Origin: Syncephalis fuscata S228
Lineage: Eukaryota > Fungi > Zoopagomycota
Reading direction: 5' to 3'
NCBI GenBank assembly: GCA_025786725.1
Contig: JAHLTZ010000047.1
Span: 62,001 to 126,000 of the forward strand
Length of the DNA: 64,000 bases
Part shown: one piece after another, positions 49,591 to 62,789 of the stretch
How positions within the stretch are numbered: position 1 is the first letter of the stretch
How the letters are laid out: each line of letters starts with the position of its first letter
Position numbers and translations under genes: made by a program
Notes under the pieces: model-generated
Database searches by the model: none
Told to the model about the DNA's origin: nothing
Seen by the model: the letters and a program-made list of their open reading frames with translations, nothing else

Positions 49591-52500
49591 ATGGCTGAAA
49601 AACTGCCTATTCGCTTTCAAGAGCATGTCCAGGTACGTCATCCAAACTCGCCGTTATAAGGCGCTATATACGTAATGTCATATACGCTAACTACAGATCG
49701 TATATAGCTCACAGCTTTGGGCATTAGCCCAAATAATATTGGCTTTGCCACGTTGACGATGGAGTCGGACAAGTTTATTTGTATTCGAGAGACGGAAGGC
49801 GATCAAAATCGCATTGCCATTGTTGATATGGGCGATGCCGGTAGTCTGATGCGACGTCCGATTACTGCCGACTCGGCCATAATGAACCCGGCAACCAAAG
49901 TGATTGCATTAAAAGGTAGGAATAGTTTGCCTGTCTAGTTGACACAGCTTATTAGAGTATTGATCAATTGACTAATAAATACATCTAATTTGTGCATTTG
50001 TGCTTTATTTATTGGTTAAACTAGCTGGTCGTCAATTGCAAATATTTAATCTGGAAATGAAATCCAAAGTAAAAGCGCATATGATGCCAGAGGACGTTAC
50101 ATTCTGGAAATGGATCAATAACAAGACAATTGGCCTTGTCACCGACAATGCTGTGTACCATTGGTCGATGGACGGCGATTCGTTGCCAAAGAAACAGTTT
50201 GATCGCCATCAGAATCTGGCCGGAAGCCAGATTATTAACTATCGCTGTAATTCGGATGAAAAGTGGATGGTACTTATTGGTATTTCTGCCCAACAAAACC
50301 GTGTTGTTGGTCAAATGCAGCTTTATAGCAAAGAGCGTGGTGTGAGCCAGCCCATTGAAGGCCATGCCGCAGCATTTGGTGAACTCATACTTGAAGGTTC
50401 TTCAGTACCGTCGAAACTATTTGCTTTTGCAGTTCGCACAGCCACAGCTGCTAAATTGCACGTTGTAGAAGTAGATCACGCAGAAGGTGCACCAACCTTC
50501 CAGAAACGTGCCGTTGACGTCTATTTTCCACCTGAAGCTGTCAATGACTTCCCCGTGGCTATGCAAGTTAGCCATAAATACGGTGTGATCTATCTTGTGA
50601 CCAAATACGGCTTTATTCATCTGTATGATTTGGAAACCGGCACTTGCATCTATATGAACCGTATCAGTGGTGATACCGTTTTTGTTACCGCCGAACTTGA
50701 AGCGACAAGCGGCCTTATTGGTGTTAATCGTAAGGGCCAAGTGTTATCGGTGAGCGTTGACGAGGACAATATTGTGCCGTATATCATACAGACGTTGCAG
50801 AATACCGATCTTGCCCTTCGATTTGCTTCACGTAACGGACTTCCTGGTGCTGATGATTTGTATTTGACGCGATTCCAGCAGCTTTTTACTCAAGGCAACT
50901 ACAGTGAAGCTGCACGTATGGCAGCCACTTCACCACGCGGCATGCTTCGTACGCAAGATACAATTGAGCGATTTAAGCAATTGCCTGCAACACCCGGCCA
51001 ATTGTCGCCTATCTTGCAGTACTTTGGTATTTTGCTTGAAAAAGGCACATTAAATCGCTATGAATCGCTGGAGCTAGCACGGCCTGTATTGCAACAAAAC
51101 CGAAAGCAATTGCTGGAAAAATGGCTTAAAGAAGACAAGGTAATTAGTTGAATAGTCATTGTAATGATATAGCAAATACTTACAGCTGTTTGTTCATTTT
51201 AGCTTGAATGCAGCGAGGAATTAGGTGATATTGTCAAGGCACACGATACTATGCTTGCTTTATCAGTCTATTTGCGAGCAAATGTTCCAATGAAGGTAAA
51301 TATTTAATAGATAATTAATTAGTTAAATCCAACCTATACATTGTATTATTTAGGTGGTAGCTTGCTTTGCTGAAACAGGCCAATATGATAAAATACTACT
51401 TTACTCAAAGAAAGTAGGCTTTCAACCAGACTTTGTCGTTCTACTACAGCATGTAATGCGCGCTGATCCAGAAAAGGGCGCAGAATTCGCTACTAAACTC
51501 ATTAACGATGAAATGGGCCAGAATTTAGACTTGGATCGTGTAAGTAATGATACAAGAGCGACAATAGCAATGGCTATTATTTTTATTTATATATTTATTA
51601 ATCGGCTATTATATAATAGATTGTTGATGTATTTATGCAACAAAATCTTATCCAACAAGCAACCTCATTCTTGTTGGATGCATTAAAAAACAATCGTCCA
51701 GAGCAAGGTCCATTACAGACGCGATTATTAGAGATCAATTTGCTACATGCACCTCAGGTGGCCGATGCCATTCTAGGCAATGAAATGTTTACGCACTATG
51801 ATCGTGCTGTGATTGCACAACTCTGTGAAAAGGCTGGTCTTTACCAACGGGCTCTTGAACACTACACGGATCTGTATGATATTAAACGTACTATTGTCAA
51901 TACAAACGTGCTTAATCCAGAGGTAAGTAGCAATAGACTTTTTATTCGGTAAAGAAGTAATAAAATGCTAACAGCACATCCGTATTATGTTTTTAGTGGC
52001 TAGTTAACTTCTTTAGCCGTTTATCGGTTGATCATTCGATGGAATGTCTACGAGAGTTACTCAAAACAAATCTGCGACAAAATCTCAATGTTTGCGTCCA
52101 AGTAGCAACCAAATACTCAGAACAGTTAGGACCAGGCAATTTGGTTCAATTGTTTGAAGAGTTCCAAACAGAAGAAGGTCTATATTATTATCTAGGCTCA
52201 GTGGTCAACTTTACCCAGGATCCAGAGGTTCACTTTAAGTATATCCAAGCAGCAGTAAAGACAAATCAAATTCGTGAAGTTGAACGTATTTGTCGTGAAA
52301 GCAATGCATACGATGCTGAACGAATTAAAAACTACCTTATGGTAAGTAAAATAAAAAATAACGAATTAATATAGATACTTATTATTATTATTATTAGGAA
52401 GCGAACTTGGAAGATCAGCTGCCATTGATTATTGTATGTGATCGTTTTGATTATGTTCATGATTTGGTACTTTTCTTGTACAAGAAACATATGTTCCGAT

Positions 52501-55392
52501 TCATTGAAGTCTACGTTCAAAAGGTCAATCCGGCTCGTTCTCCCGCTGTTATTGGCGCACTATTGGATGTTGATTGCGATGAGAATATGATTCGTAGTCT
52601 CTTAATGTCAATTCAAGTACCAGTTCCCGTTGATGAGTTGACACATGAAGTCGAACAACGCAATCGACTCAAGTTAATCTTGCCGTATCTTGAAGTTCGT
52701 ATTCGTGAAGGTAGCCAAGAATCAAGTGTTTATAATGCTTTGGCAAAGATCTATATCGATAGCAACAATAATCCGGAACATTTCCTTAAAGATAATCAGG
52801 TATGGAGTATTATATTAATAACTAGTATTTGTAACTTATTCTGGCTATTACTATTATAGTTTTATGATTCACGTATTGTTGGTAAATATTGCGAAAAACG
52901 TGATCCATATTTAGCTTATGTGGCCTATGAACGTGGTCAGTGTGATATGGAACTGATTAATGTCACAAATGAAAACTCCATGTTTAAACACCAAGCAAAA
53001 TATCTTGTAAAACGACGTGAACCTGAATTATGGGCTCAAGTACTGGACACGTCGAATCCATTCCGTCGTGCAGTCATCGATCAAGTAGTATCGGCAGCAT
53101 TGCCTGATTCACAAGATCCAGAAGATGTTTCAAATACAGTCAAGGCATTTATGGCTGCAAATCTACCTCATGAACTTATTGAATTGCTGGACAAGATCAT
53201 TATGGAAAACTCGGCCTTTAGCGATAATCGCAGTTTACAAAACTTGCTTATCCTTACAGCAATCAAGTCGGACAAGACGCGTGTCATGGATTATATTACA
53301 CGCTTGGACAATTACGATGCACCAGACGTTGCTGGATTGGCCGTTGGCTCTGGCCTATTTGAAGAGTCGTTTGCCATTTATCGCAAGCATAACCAGCATG
53401 CCAGTGCTATTAGTGTATTGCTAGACAATCTCGAAGATCTTGATCGTGCACTTGAATACGCTGAACGCTGCGATGAAGCTGAAGTGTGGAGTAAATTGGG
53501 TCAGGCCCAACTCAATGCCAACAAAGTTGTTGAGGCAATTGAGTCATATGTACGTGCCGATGATCCTAGCAACTATCAACAAGTAATTCAAGCAGCTGAT
53601 CGAGCTCAAATCTCTGAAGAGCTTATTCGCTATCTGTTAATGGCACCAAGAAGTTGAGGGAAGCAGCCATTGATGGAGAACTTTTATTTGCCTATGCTAA
53701 AACTAATCGACTAGCGGATACGGAAGAGTTTTTGAGTGGACATAATCTTGCTAAGGTAAATAATATATGTATTACAATATGTGTATATTAATACTAATTA
53801 ATTGGCGCTGTTTTTAGATACAAGAGGTTGGTGAGCGCTGCTTTGAAAACGGCATGTACGAGCCGGCCAAACTACTATTTGCCAACATCTCCAACTGGTC
53901 CCGTCTCGCTTCTACCCTTGTATTTTTGGGCGAGTATCAGGCTGCGGTCGATGCTGCACGTAAAGCAAATGGCACCAAAGTATGGCGCGAAGTCAATGCG
54001 GCCTGCATTGAAACGCGTGAATTCCGTCTTGCACAGATTTGTGGTCTACACTTGGTTGTGCACGCCGATGAATTGCACGAACTTATTCAGACGTATGAAA
54101 AGCAAGGATTTGTTGATCAGCTTATTGAGCTATTGGAAGCTGGCCTTGGCTTGGAACGTGCACATATGGGCATGTTTACTGAGCTATCCATTCTTTACGC
54201 AAAATACAAGCAAGAAAAGATTATGGAGCATTTGAAACTGTACAGCTCGCGTATCAATATTCCAAAGGTTATTAGAGCGTGTGAGGACGCGCACCTATGG
54301 GCCGAGCTTGTTTTCCTCTACGTACACTACGATGAGTATGATAATGCTGCACTTACAATGATGCGTCATTCAGTCGATGCTTGGGACCATGCTCGCTTCA
54401 AGGATGTTATTATCAAGGTGTCCAATCTTGATTTATACTACAAAGCGCTACGTTTCTACCTCGAGGAACAGCCGATGCTTATCAACGATCTATTGACGGT
54501 ATTAACACCACGTATTGATCATACACGTGTGGTTAAACTGTTGGAGAAGTCCGACAACATTCCATTGCTTAAACCATACTTGGTTTCAGTTCAATCTAGC
54601 AATAATCAAGCTGTAAATTCAGCCTATAATGAGCTATTGATTGAAGAAGAAGACTATAAATTGCTGCGCGACTCGATTGATCATTTCGACAACTTTGACA
54701 ACATTGAATTGGCTCAAAGACTTGAAACGCACGAACTACTTGAGTTCCGTCGTATTGCCGCTCATCTTTTTAAGGTAGCTAAACAACACTGGTATATCGA
54801 TGAATAGCAAAGCTAATTATGTAATATATAAATAGAAAAATAAGCGCTGGAAGCAATCCATCGAGCTATCAAAGCTTGACAGTCTTTTCAAGGATGCGAT
54901 TCAAACGGCTGCCGAATCAAAAGACACTGAAGTGGCCGAAGAACTTATTCGCTACTTTGTCGATACCGATAATCGTGAATGTTTTGTAGCTGCACTTTAT
55001 GTTTGCTACGAACAAATGCGTCCAGATGTAGTAATGGAACTGGCGTGGCGCAACGGCCTTACCGACTTTGCCATGCCATTTATGATTCAAACAATGCGCG
55101 AATACATGTCTAAGGTATATATATTGCATGGAATATGATCGAGAATAGCGAATACTAACACGATAATGGCCAATAGGTGGATACACTGGAGAAGCAGAAT
55201 GCTGAACGACAAGCTAAGGAAACAACGAAGGAGAAGCAGCCAGATGGTGGCCCAATGATTCGTCCAGGTGGTGGCATGGGACCAGGCGGGCCGTTGATGA
55301 TTACCTCGGGCATTACTGGCGTTGCACCGCCAAATAGCAATCACATGGGCTCACCTGGATTTGGTGGCGCTGGTTATGGTGCGCCGTTTTAA
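49591..55392 (+). CDS. CHC1: Clathrin heavy chain
   Basis: [63 protein letters not shown]; about 12 introns; a 1-nt deletion near 53647 breaks MARKK. Confidence 0.97.
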
Positions 55393-56161
55393 AACAACAT
55401 GATTACACTTGTTGAATAAACATATTATTCAAAATAATTTACTGAAATTTGTTATAATTACACTAATATTCAATGGCTATATTGTTTAAATAATAATTTT
55501 GGTAACTTTAAATTGGATTATAAAAATACCAACATTGTAAATTGTTTTTGTATTTTGTTTACATACCGCTTTCCTAGTCAATTTCTCACTAATCTGACTC
55601 GATAATAACAGACATGTGAAGATTATATAACATTTGATTCACAGCTAATCGACTTGTTATCAAACCAGAAAGCAAACTCAGACTATTTATTATACAATTA
55701 GTTTACGATTTCTTGAATGTGCATATTAAGATTTTTGGTTATAAAATAGCATTGCAACAAAACACATGTTTTGTTTTAAAATCGTTGATTAATACATAAT
55801 ATTATAAGTTATATCCAATAAGTTTGCGATTGATTATTTAAGTAATAAAGTCAAGCATTACTATAAAAATAAAGCATTAATTTTATACTAAAATTAGTCA
55901 AGATTCAAAAATACGATCAATTATTGACAATGGTTGATTAGATGCATGTGAACCAAGGTAGCGTGTATGTAGTAATATACAGCATTAATATTACTACATA
56001 TTATGAACATGTATGATAACCATACCATTGACCCATTCAACTAGCAGAGATATGGCTCTACACAGCTCCACAATTACAGTGCAGTGTATTAATAATTGCC
56101 AACTTTTACTCTTTAAGCATATCAATATCATCTGTCGATTTTATACTAAACATTTTATACA

Positions 56162-57100
56162 ATGTCATTTATTAACTATACTAATCCAGAGGACACCGAG
56201 TGGGTGAAGAACGCAACGAAAGTGTGAAATATTCCTGTAAATCCACTTGACAAAATAGCAGTGTGTGCTTTTTACGCAACAGCTGCAGAAGCAGACAATA
56301 TTCCCGGCTTGCGCGAGCGATTAATGGCACGCCATCTTCAAACAATATTTGATATCATGATTCTTTGTGGTTTTATTAGCAATTTTATTATAGCCAGCAA
56401 GATGGTTGCGCCGCGTCCTCGTTCGTTTATCGCTTGGTGGTGTCTGCTTCCATCGGCGCTAGGTGCAATAACATGTTTAATATTTGCACTTAACAACTGA
56501 GATACTCCTTTAATTGTCGCAATGTGTGGCGGTCTTTTGGATTTTCAAATGTAATATCAAGTATTTGCAACAGCTTGGTACTGCTTAACAAAGCCTATCT
56601 AGTCCTCTATCGACAGAAATGGGTCATATACAGCAGTATTTCATGCTGTCTTTCCATTGTGCTTCAACTAGGTAGCGCAGATTCCGATCTTTTTTCTTTA
56701 TAAACTGGTGAGTACCTGTAAGCAACCATTATATATATATATATCTGACGTAAATTAGAACAATTGTTACCACCATATTGGTACGTCACTGTAAAAACAT
56801 GGGCAAAGCCATTAATCGGTCAAATAACCCCAAAGCGAGTTACATAGAGCATTTGTCGGAAATTGCAATAGCCAAGTTTTAGAATAGTGCCATTGTATAT
56901 TTTAATTGTGTAAATGTTAGTAAATTTCCTGTAAAATAAAATGAAGAAAAAGGCTATGATGTGATTTAAGTATTGGTGGCGGTCATTGAAAATAATCATA
57001 ATGATTACCAATATTCTAATTTGAAGTCGATAAACTCCAAGAAACATCAGTTTTTTCGAAATTGATCTGGTATGGTACCACTTAATCGTAGACTTTTAAG
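56162..57100 (+). pseudogene. Decayed multi-TM (GPCR-like) membrane protein gene
   Basis: Fragments HPLDKI..GLRER..NFIIASKMVAPRPRSFIAWWCLLPSALG, NCR and LLNKAYLV, separated by several stops and frameshifts. Confidence 0.5.
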
Positions 57101-57595
57101 AATATGTCTGAAATTCAAAGCTGCAGTCGTCACAGTGTCATAACCTTACACCATAAAAGTTTCATGAGTTTTCTTACAATTTTGGTTTGTGCACCTACAA
57201 ACAATCTAGATGTAAATAAAATATTATTTGTATTCAGTCTATAAATTATAGTAGCTTATAAGTTTATGACACTTTACTTTTGGATGATTGTGACGCTGAT
57301 ACGGACGTGGGTTATCGATTATTCTAAATGTTTCTAAACTTCAAGCTTGACAAGTGGGGCAGGTTTTAGAACTGTTATACTCATTAATTAAAATCACATT
57401 AAAACCACTCTTTTAAAGTATACGCTTCAAGCCAGCACCTCAAATAGGTTTTTGAAAATTTACATGACTTGCAGATCAGTTACCAAATACCAAAGTAGCA
57501 TTACTATCAAACTTTAATTTAATCTTATTGACAAGCTTTTGGCCAGCTTGCTGTTGTCTAATGTACAAACATAGCTTTAGTTTTCTAAATAACCA

Positions 57596-57647
57596 GTTTT
57601 GTTTGATAGAGTCTATATTTGTTTGATAAGCGTAGTATAGTGTTAGA
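57596..57647. repeat. Left arm of a 52-bp inverted repeat (partner 60505-60556)
   Basis: Reverse complement matches 60505-60556 at 48/52 positions. Confidence 0.8.
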
Positions 57648-58036
57648 TATTGGCTGGAAACAGCACGAACAGCAAGCTATTCTTTAAAATTAGATAAATT
57701 AACAGATTTTGTTTGACATTGAGACAATAAATATTCTTTTCTTTGAACATCGGGATACTTTGCTTTCAGTTTCAATTCGATTCTGCGATACTTCTTGTAC
57801 CCAATATCAAAATGCCTTTAATTTAAAGTATATCTGTAGGTTATTGGCTTTTGAATGGTGTTGAAGTTATAGTGTGTTTATAGGCAAAATAACTTTATAA
57901 AAACACAACTATTTAACCATTGAATTACATTAAATAGTTATCAAGTTGTATAATAATTTATTAGCTAATTTATTTGTAAAAGCAATAATGTTAATAAAAT
58001 AGTGAAATAATGTTAAAAAGTATATATCTAAGCTGT

Positions 58037-59878
58037 TTAACCTTTCACTGTTCCATAATACGGAATAAAAACAGCACGGTCTGATGGTGGTTTATTGAAT
58101 CTTGGATTAGGATCGAGTACAATATATCCGGAATATGACCATATCTCATTCTTTTGTATACTCGTGGGCGTACTAATCCGTACCAGAATCTCACCTTTTT
58201 GCTTTGGTTGTAGGCTAATAGATCCTGGAAAGGAAACGGCTGCGATTAGAGATTGTTTTGATAACATATCACTAAGATACGATACTCTTGGAGTCGCTTC
58301 AGCTGGAATATGTGAAATTTTATATAAGAGTGCAGTGTCGGAAAAAGATGAAATTTTGATCTGTACATTCGCTGTATTGGCATAAGTACCTTCTATATTA
58401 ATTGAAGATGGTTCAACGTGAATGCGTTCATCATCTATTAGTTTGCTAAGATTAATCATGCCAGCACCTTGATGTTGTACAGGAATGTAGGAATCTACAT
58501 TATTCTCTTTGACTGGAATTGCGTTGTTTTGTAATATAGTTTTGACATATCCAATGTCAATCAAACTATTTTGATTGCGTTCAACTATCAGCGCAGTTGC
58601 ACCGGCAACATATGCAACAGCAGCTGATATATCACTGAAATAAGGCTTGTCTCGTTTGTCATAAATGGTAGTAGTGTAAATTTTGTGACTTGGCGCTAAA
58701 ATGTCAGGATAGAAAGGTGATATGAATGGTTGCTTTTGCGGTCCAGCTGTGTCGACAGTAATGCTACTATTTTCAATGTAGCCATACTTTTCTGCAAAAA
58801 CATATTTATATGCAAGCTTATTTTCATAGCCTTTTTTAATAAATAAAGCATCTTTTTCACTAATTTGAAATAAAGGTATATTACATCTTGTTTTTGCTCT
58901 AAAATCATCGCTTATAATGACAAGTGCAGCCATTCCGATCGCTTTAGCACGCTTTCGCATGGCCAAAGTTTTTGTTGTTTTATACCAAATAAGTGCAATG
59001 TCATCTTTTTTAAAACCATCTAAATGATTTTTTAATTTGCGTGAATACTTGCTAGGAATAACATCCACTTCTTTGCCAAAGTTATATTTCATATTTGAAC
59101 ATCTAGACGTAAATTCAATACGACGTCCCGTTGTTTTTTCTTCAAACCAATGCGATAAACGATATTCTTGTTTAAAGCCACCAACGCTTAAGACAGGAAG
59201 ACCTTGATATAAAAAGTAATTTGGATTCATAAAATTATTGGCTGATGCTGCAACAATCATAATCACGCCATGTTTTGCAGCATCTTCTATTGTTTCTCTC
59301 AGCCGATTGCCATATTCATCTACAATGGCAATTTCCGGCAATACAATGATTTTCATTTGATCATCAGTGATTGCAGTTATTAGAGCTTGCAACACCAATA
59401 AAGTTGAAGTCGGACCTTTACAGCCAAATACACGATAGGTGCCAAGTGTCGCCTCGGGCGCAACTCCAGTAAAATAAATGGTTTTTGCAACGGCAATTCC
59501 AGCTAGACTCATACCGCGATTGTTGCAATAAGGTATATTTTCGTAGTTTTTTTCATTATCTACATATTTATGGTAGTGCTTATGATTCTTTTTAAATACA
59601 TGAGCTTCGATATTTATTCCGCTATCAATGATTCCAAGCTTTACGCCCCTTCCTTTAAAGCCCATATCGTGAAGTGTTTTAACGCCGGTGGGTACATAGT
59701 AAGGTGTTGCATAAACTGGGTTATTAGTGATTTTGGAGCCAATATAGGGGCGGTTGTAATTAGGTTTCGTGTAAAAGTCATCTTTATATGATTTGGTACT
59801 GTTTACGGCAAAATGTTGTGTTGAACAAAATAGCAGCAGTATAGAAGCTGCTAACTGCTGTGTCCGTCTTAATATCAT
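58037..59878 (-). CDS. Secreted subtilisin (S8)-like protein with PA-like and Fn3-like domains; catalytic His and Ser lost
   Basis: Signal-like leader MILRRTQQLAASILLLFCSTQHFAVNS; GRGVKLGIIDSG, GVAPEATLGTYRVFGC, PDILAP, QGAGMIN, YSGYIV; intronless. Confidence 0.85.
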   Translation of the reverse strand: MILRRTQQLAASILLLFCSTQHFAVNSTKSYKDDFYTKPNYNRPYIGSKITNNPVYATPYYVPTGVKTLHDMGFKGRGVKLGIIDSGINIEAHVFKKNHKHYHKYVDNEKNYENIPYCNNRGMSLAGIAVAKTIYFTGVAPEATLGTYRVFGCKGPTSTLLVLQALITAITDDQMKIIVLPEIAIVDEYGNRLRETIEDAAKHGVIMIVAASANNFMNPNYFLYQGLPVLSVGGFKQEYRLSHWFEEKTTGRRIEFTSRCSNMKYNFGKEVDVIPSKYSRKLKNHLDGFKKDDIALIWYKTTKTLAMRKRAKAIGMAALVIISDDFRAKTRCNIPLFQISEKDALFIKKGYENKLAYKYVFAEKYGYIENSSITVDTAGPQKQPFISPFYPDILAPSHKIYTTTIYDKRDKPYFSDISAAVAYVAGATALIVERNQNSLIDIGYVKTILQNNAIPVKENNVDSYIPVQHQGAGMINLSKLIDDERIHVEPSSINIEGTYANTANVQIKISSFSDTALLYKISHIPAEATPRVSYLSDMLSKQSLIAAVSFPGSISLQPKQKGEILVRISTPTSIQKNEIWSYSGYIVLDPNPRFNKPPSDRAVFIPYYGTVKG

Positions 59879-60504
59879 CGTACAACTAATTTTTGTATTG
59901 AAGAAGATGTATAATTTAATTATATAAAAAGTGCCGATAAAAAGCAAATAAAAACGAGACGTATATAAGATAGGAATATTTGAATAAGTACCTGGTAGTT
60001 ACTTTTAGACTCAAATGATATGGTTCTATAAAAGAATATTGGCATGTTTTAAATACCATTTTAGATTGTCAAACAGGAAACTTAGAACGTGTGTTTAAAA
60101 TAGTACTAATTGTAGAACGATAGCTCTATATCTATATATATTACTAGTAATTTGATTTTTATTTAAATTAGTGATTTTAATAATTACCATGCAATATTAT
60201 ATCTTCTTGATTAACTACTACAATTGCATATAACTTCTTATGGTGCTAACTGGTCATGATATTACACATCAGCATACATAGTTTGACAGCTGTTTTATAG
60301 GTTGAATAGCTTAAAACTAAAATATATTTGGCTATACATAAAAATGGCACGCAACAATTTTTGTGTTTGTTAAATAGATCCAAGCATAATAAAACATAAT
60401 AATATAGATTAAGCAAATGGTTTCAACAATTTCAAATGCTATTATAATAAAATTAATGCATGTTTCAATGTATAAACATAAATAACAATTTTATTCAGTC
60501 AATC

Positions 60505-60556
60505 TCTAACAATATACTAGGCTTATCAAACAAATACAGACTCTATCAAATAAAAC
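60505..60556. repeat. Right arm of the 52-bp inverted repeat
   Basis: See 57596-57647. Confidence 0.8.
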
Positions 60557-60926
60557 AACTAAATGTGACTATGTTTATAGAAAGACCGAGTAAATTGATC
60601 ATTAACAAGTAAAGGATTATCAAAACATTATATAACAGCATTATCAATTAAACAAAATGTGTAAAAAACATTTAAACTAACAAGATGAATTTATTACTGC
60701 AAGTTTGCATATTTAAATAAAAGCATCTGGTTACAAGCTTGTTGGTAGAATCATAATACCATTGCTTAAAAGCTAAAAACTAAAGCATTGGCCAGAACTT
60801 GATAAATAAATAGACTGAACAGCGTAGTTGTCAAATGGTGCTGCTTTCTATCGAATATATTTAAACTGTCCTGGACTAGTGGCCTAATTGCGCTACCAAT
60901 GCCAATGCCGGAAATAGCGGTTGTTC

Positions 60927-61075
60927 TTACTCGCATCCACCGCAGTTAAGCTCAAGTTTCCAGCAAAGGTCACATATAGGAGTATGCTTTAGTAGAGTTG
61001 GCCTAGCATCTACCATAGATATATTGGCCACAAAACCATGGCGATGGTGCAAACAACGGCAATAGAAAGCTTCAT
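60927..61075 (-). CDS. Small secreted Cys-rich peptide (49 aa if one T is restored in a T-run near 61033)
   Basis: MKLSIAVVCTIAMV(F)VANISMVDA-RPTLLKHTPICDLCWKLELNCGGCE*; a TATA-like TTTAAATA lies ~110 nt upstream on the minus strand. Confidence 0.6.
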
Positions 61076-62789
61076 GATGATATTGCAATCAATAGGAAAA
61101 AACGTAGAATGAACTGCGTGAGTTGTTTGAAATAAAATGGATAAAAACGATGATTAGACAGAGAGTAGAGCATGACGATGACAGCTATTTAAAAGGGATT
61201 TCTTTCTTTAAAAAATGATGTTAATTGCCATTTTTTGATTAACTAAAATTACGGAAACGTGCAAAATTCTAAATAAATCGTATTACTATATTTGGTAACA
61301 GTGCCCTTGAATTCACTTTTAAAGCAGATCGTCATTGTTTTCGATGTAAATAGCTCTTTATTCCATCCTCCCAGTTGTTGATACTTTAGCACACTAGACA
61401 AATGGCGTGTTTACTTTCACTACATGGGTAAAATAATATTCTTTGTTTATAGCGCCGTAAAGTCTATATTTTATTGTGCGCTATGTAGCGTTATAAAGGT
61501 GTGGTATGTTTTGGCGTTTGCTGCTTTAGTTTAATATTATCTAGCGTGGATCATGAGCGCTTTATCGTGCGTTGCTACTTTGTCTTTGGGGGCTACAGCC
61601 TTCAACTTAACCCTAATCTGACCGTTTAGTTGCAGTATTCAATGAACAGTACTCGGCCTATCCGTAGTCCCAGGGCTATTCTAATCTAAAGGCTTTGTTG
61701 CTATCAAAAAAATTAACTTGTAGTCGTTGTCTATCGGTCGTATCGGGCAAATTACGTGCTTTGGGACCGCGGCTGCTTGTTAGTTTTGCGGATAGACAGC
61801 ATGGTGTTTATGGAGCTGGCGGTACGTCAGTGGAGTACAGGACGAAGAACTTTATTGGATATCACATTTAAACGCGTGTACTGTTGTGTTTGCTATCGGG
61901 TAAAACCGTTAGCAAACACAACAATGACTGGTGTTTCTGCGGTGCTTATTGCTCTGTTTAGCGTGCAGAGTTTTTGACCAGTCGTAAAACTATTACTGAA
62001 AGACACCTTGACAAGGTAGTTTGCGATGAGCTGCTTGATGTACGCTTCATCCCACACTAGTTACATATTTACTAAAGCGGAGGTGTGGGGCAAGCGAGAT
62101 GTATTGCAATATTGCAATGCAATCCTAGTTGATGACAAATCTTCAATTAGCTATAAGATTTGGATGGAACCAAAGGATTCATTGGCTTGGTAGTTATGAC
62201 GGATGGGACATGGTCCTTGACTATAATGAATATCTACACCACTGGTAGATATTAGGAACTCGTATTCCGCGCATTTGGTCATTTAATAGCCATAGTCACG
62301 GGGGGAAGCTTCACCACTGTCATTGACTTACCAGCAATGTGTCGTCTTATAGCTATTGATAATTGATAAACAGGACCACATACAGTACTTTAATACATCT
62401 GTACCAGAACAAATTCACATCCTTTCTAACTGACACCGACCAAAGAGACATCTATTTAATAAATGACTTTTATTCTTTTAATACATTTACTATTATACTG
62501 AATATATGTTTTATAATAATGAGTAGTTTTGGTGGTAAAATGACTTTTATTCTTAATGCATTTATTCATTTACTATCAATCTGTTCTATGATGTACTGAC
62601 ATGTTGGGTAGATTGACTTTTATTATTTACACTTCATTTATTAATCAATTAAACTCGGCTGTTTATAAATATTGACTGACAGGCTCACATCTCACAATCT
62701 ACGTCACTACATTTCTCTTTCTCTTTCTTTACACTTGACAGCATATATCCATTGCATATATTTGTACACTCCATATATACCATCTAAAT

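Noticed and set aside
61560-62380. Coding-like minus-strand fragments (VWDEAYIKQLIANYL, TPVIVVFANGF), possibly another transposon or Fanzor relic
   Set aside because: Too many stops and no diagnostic motif to assign.
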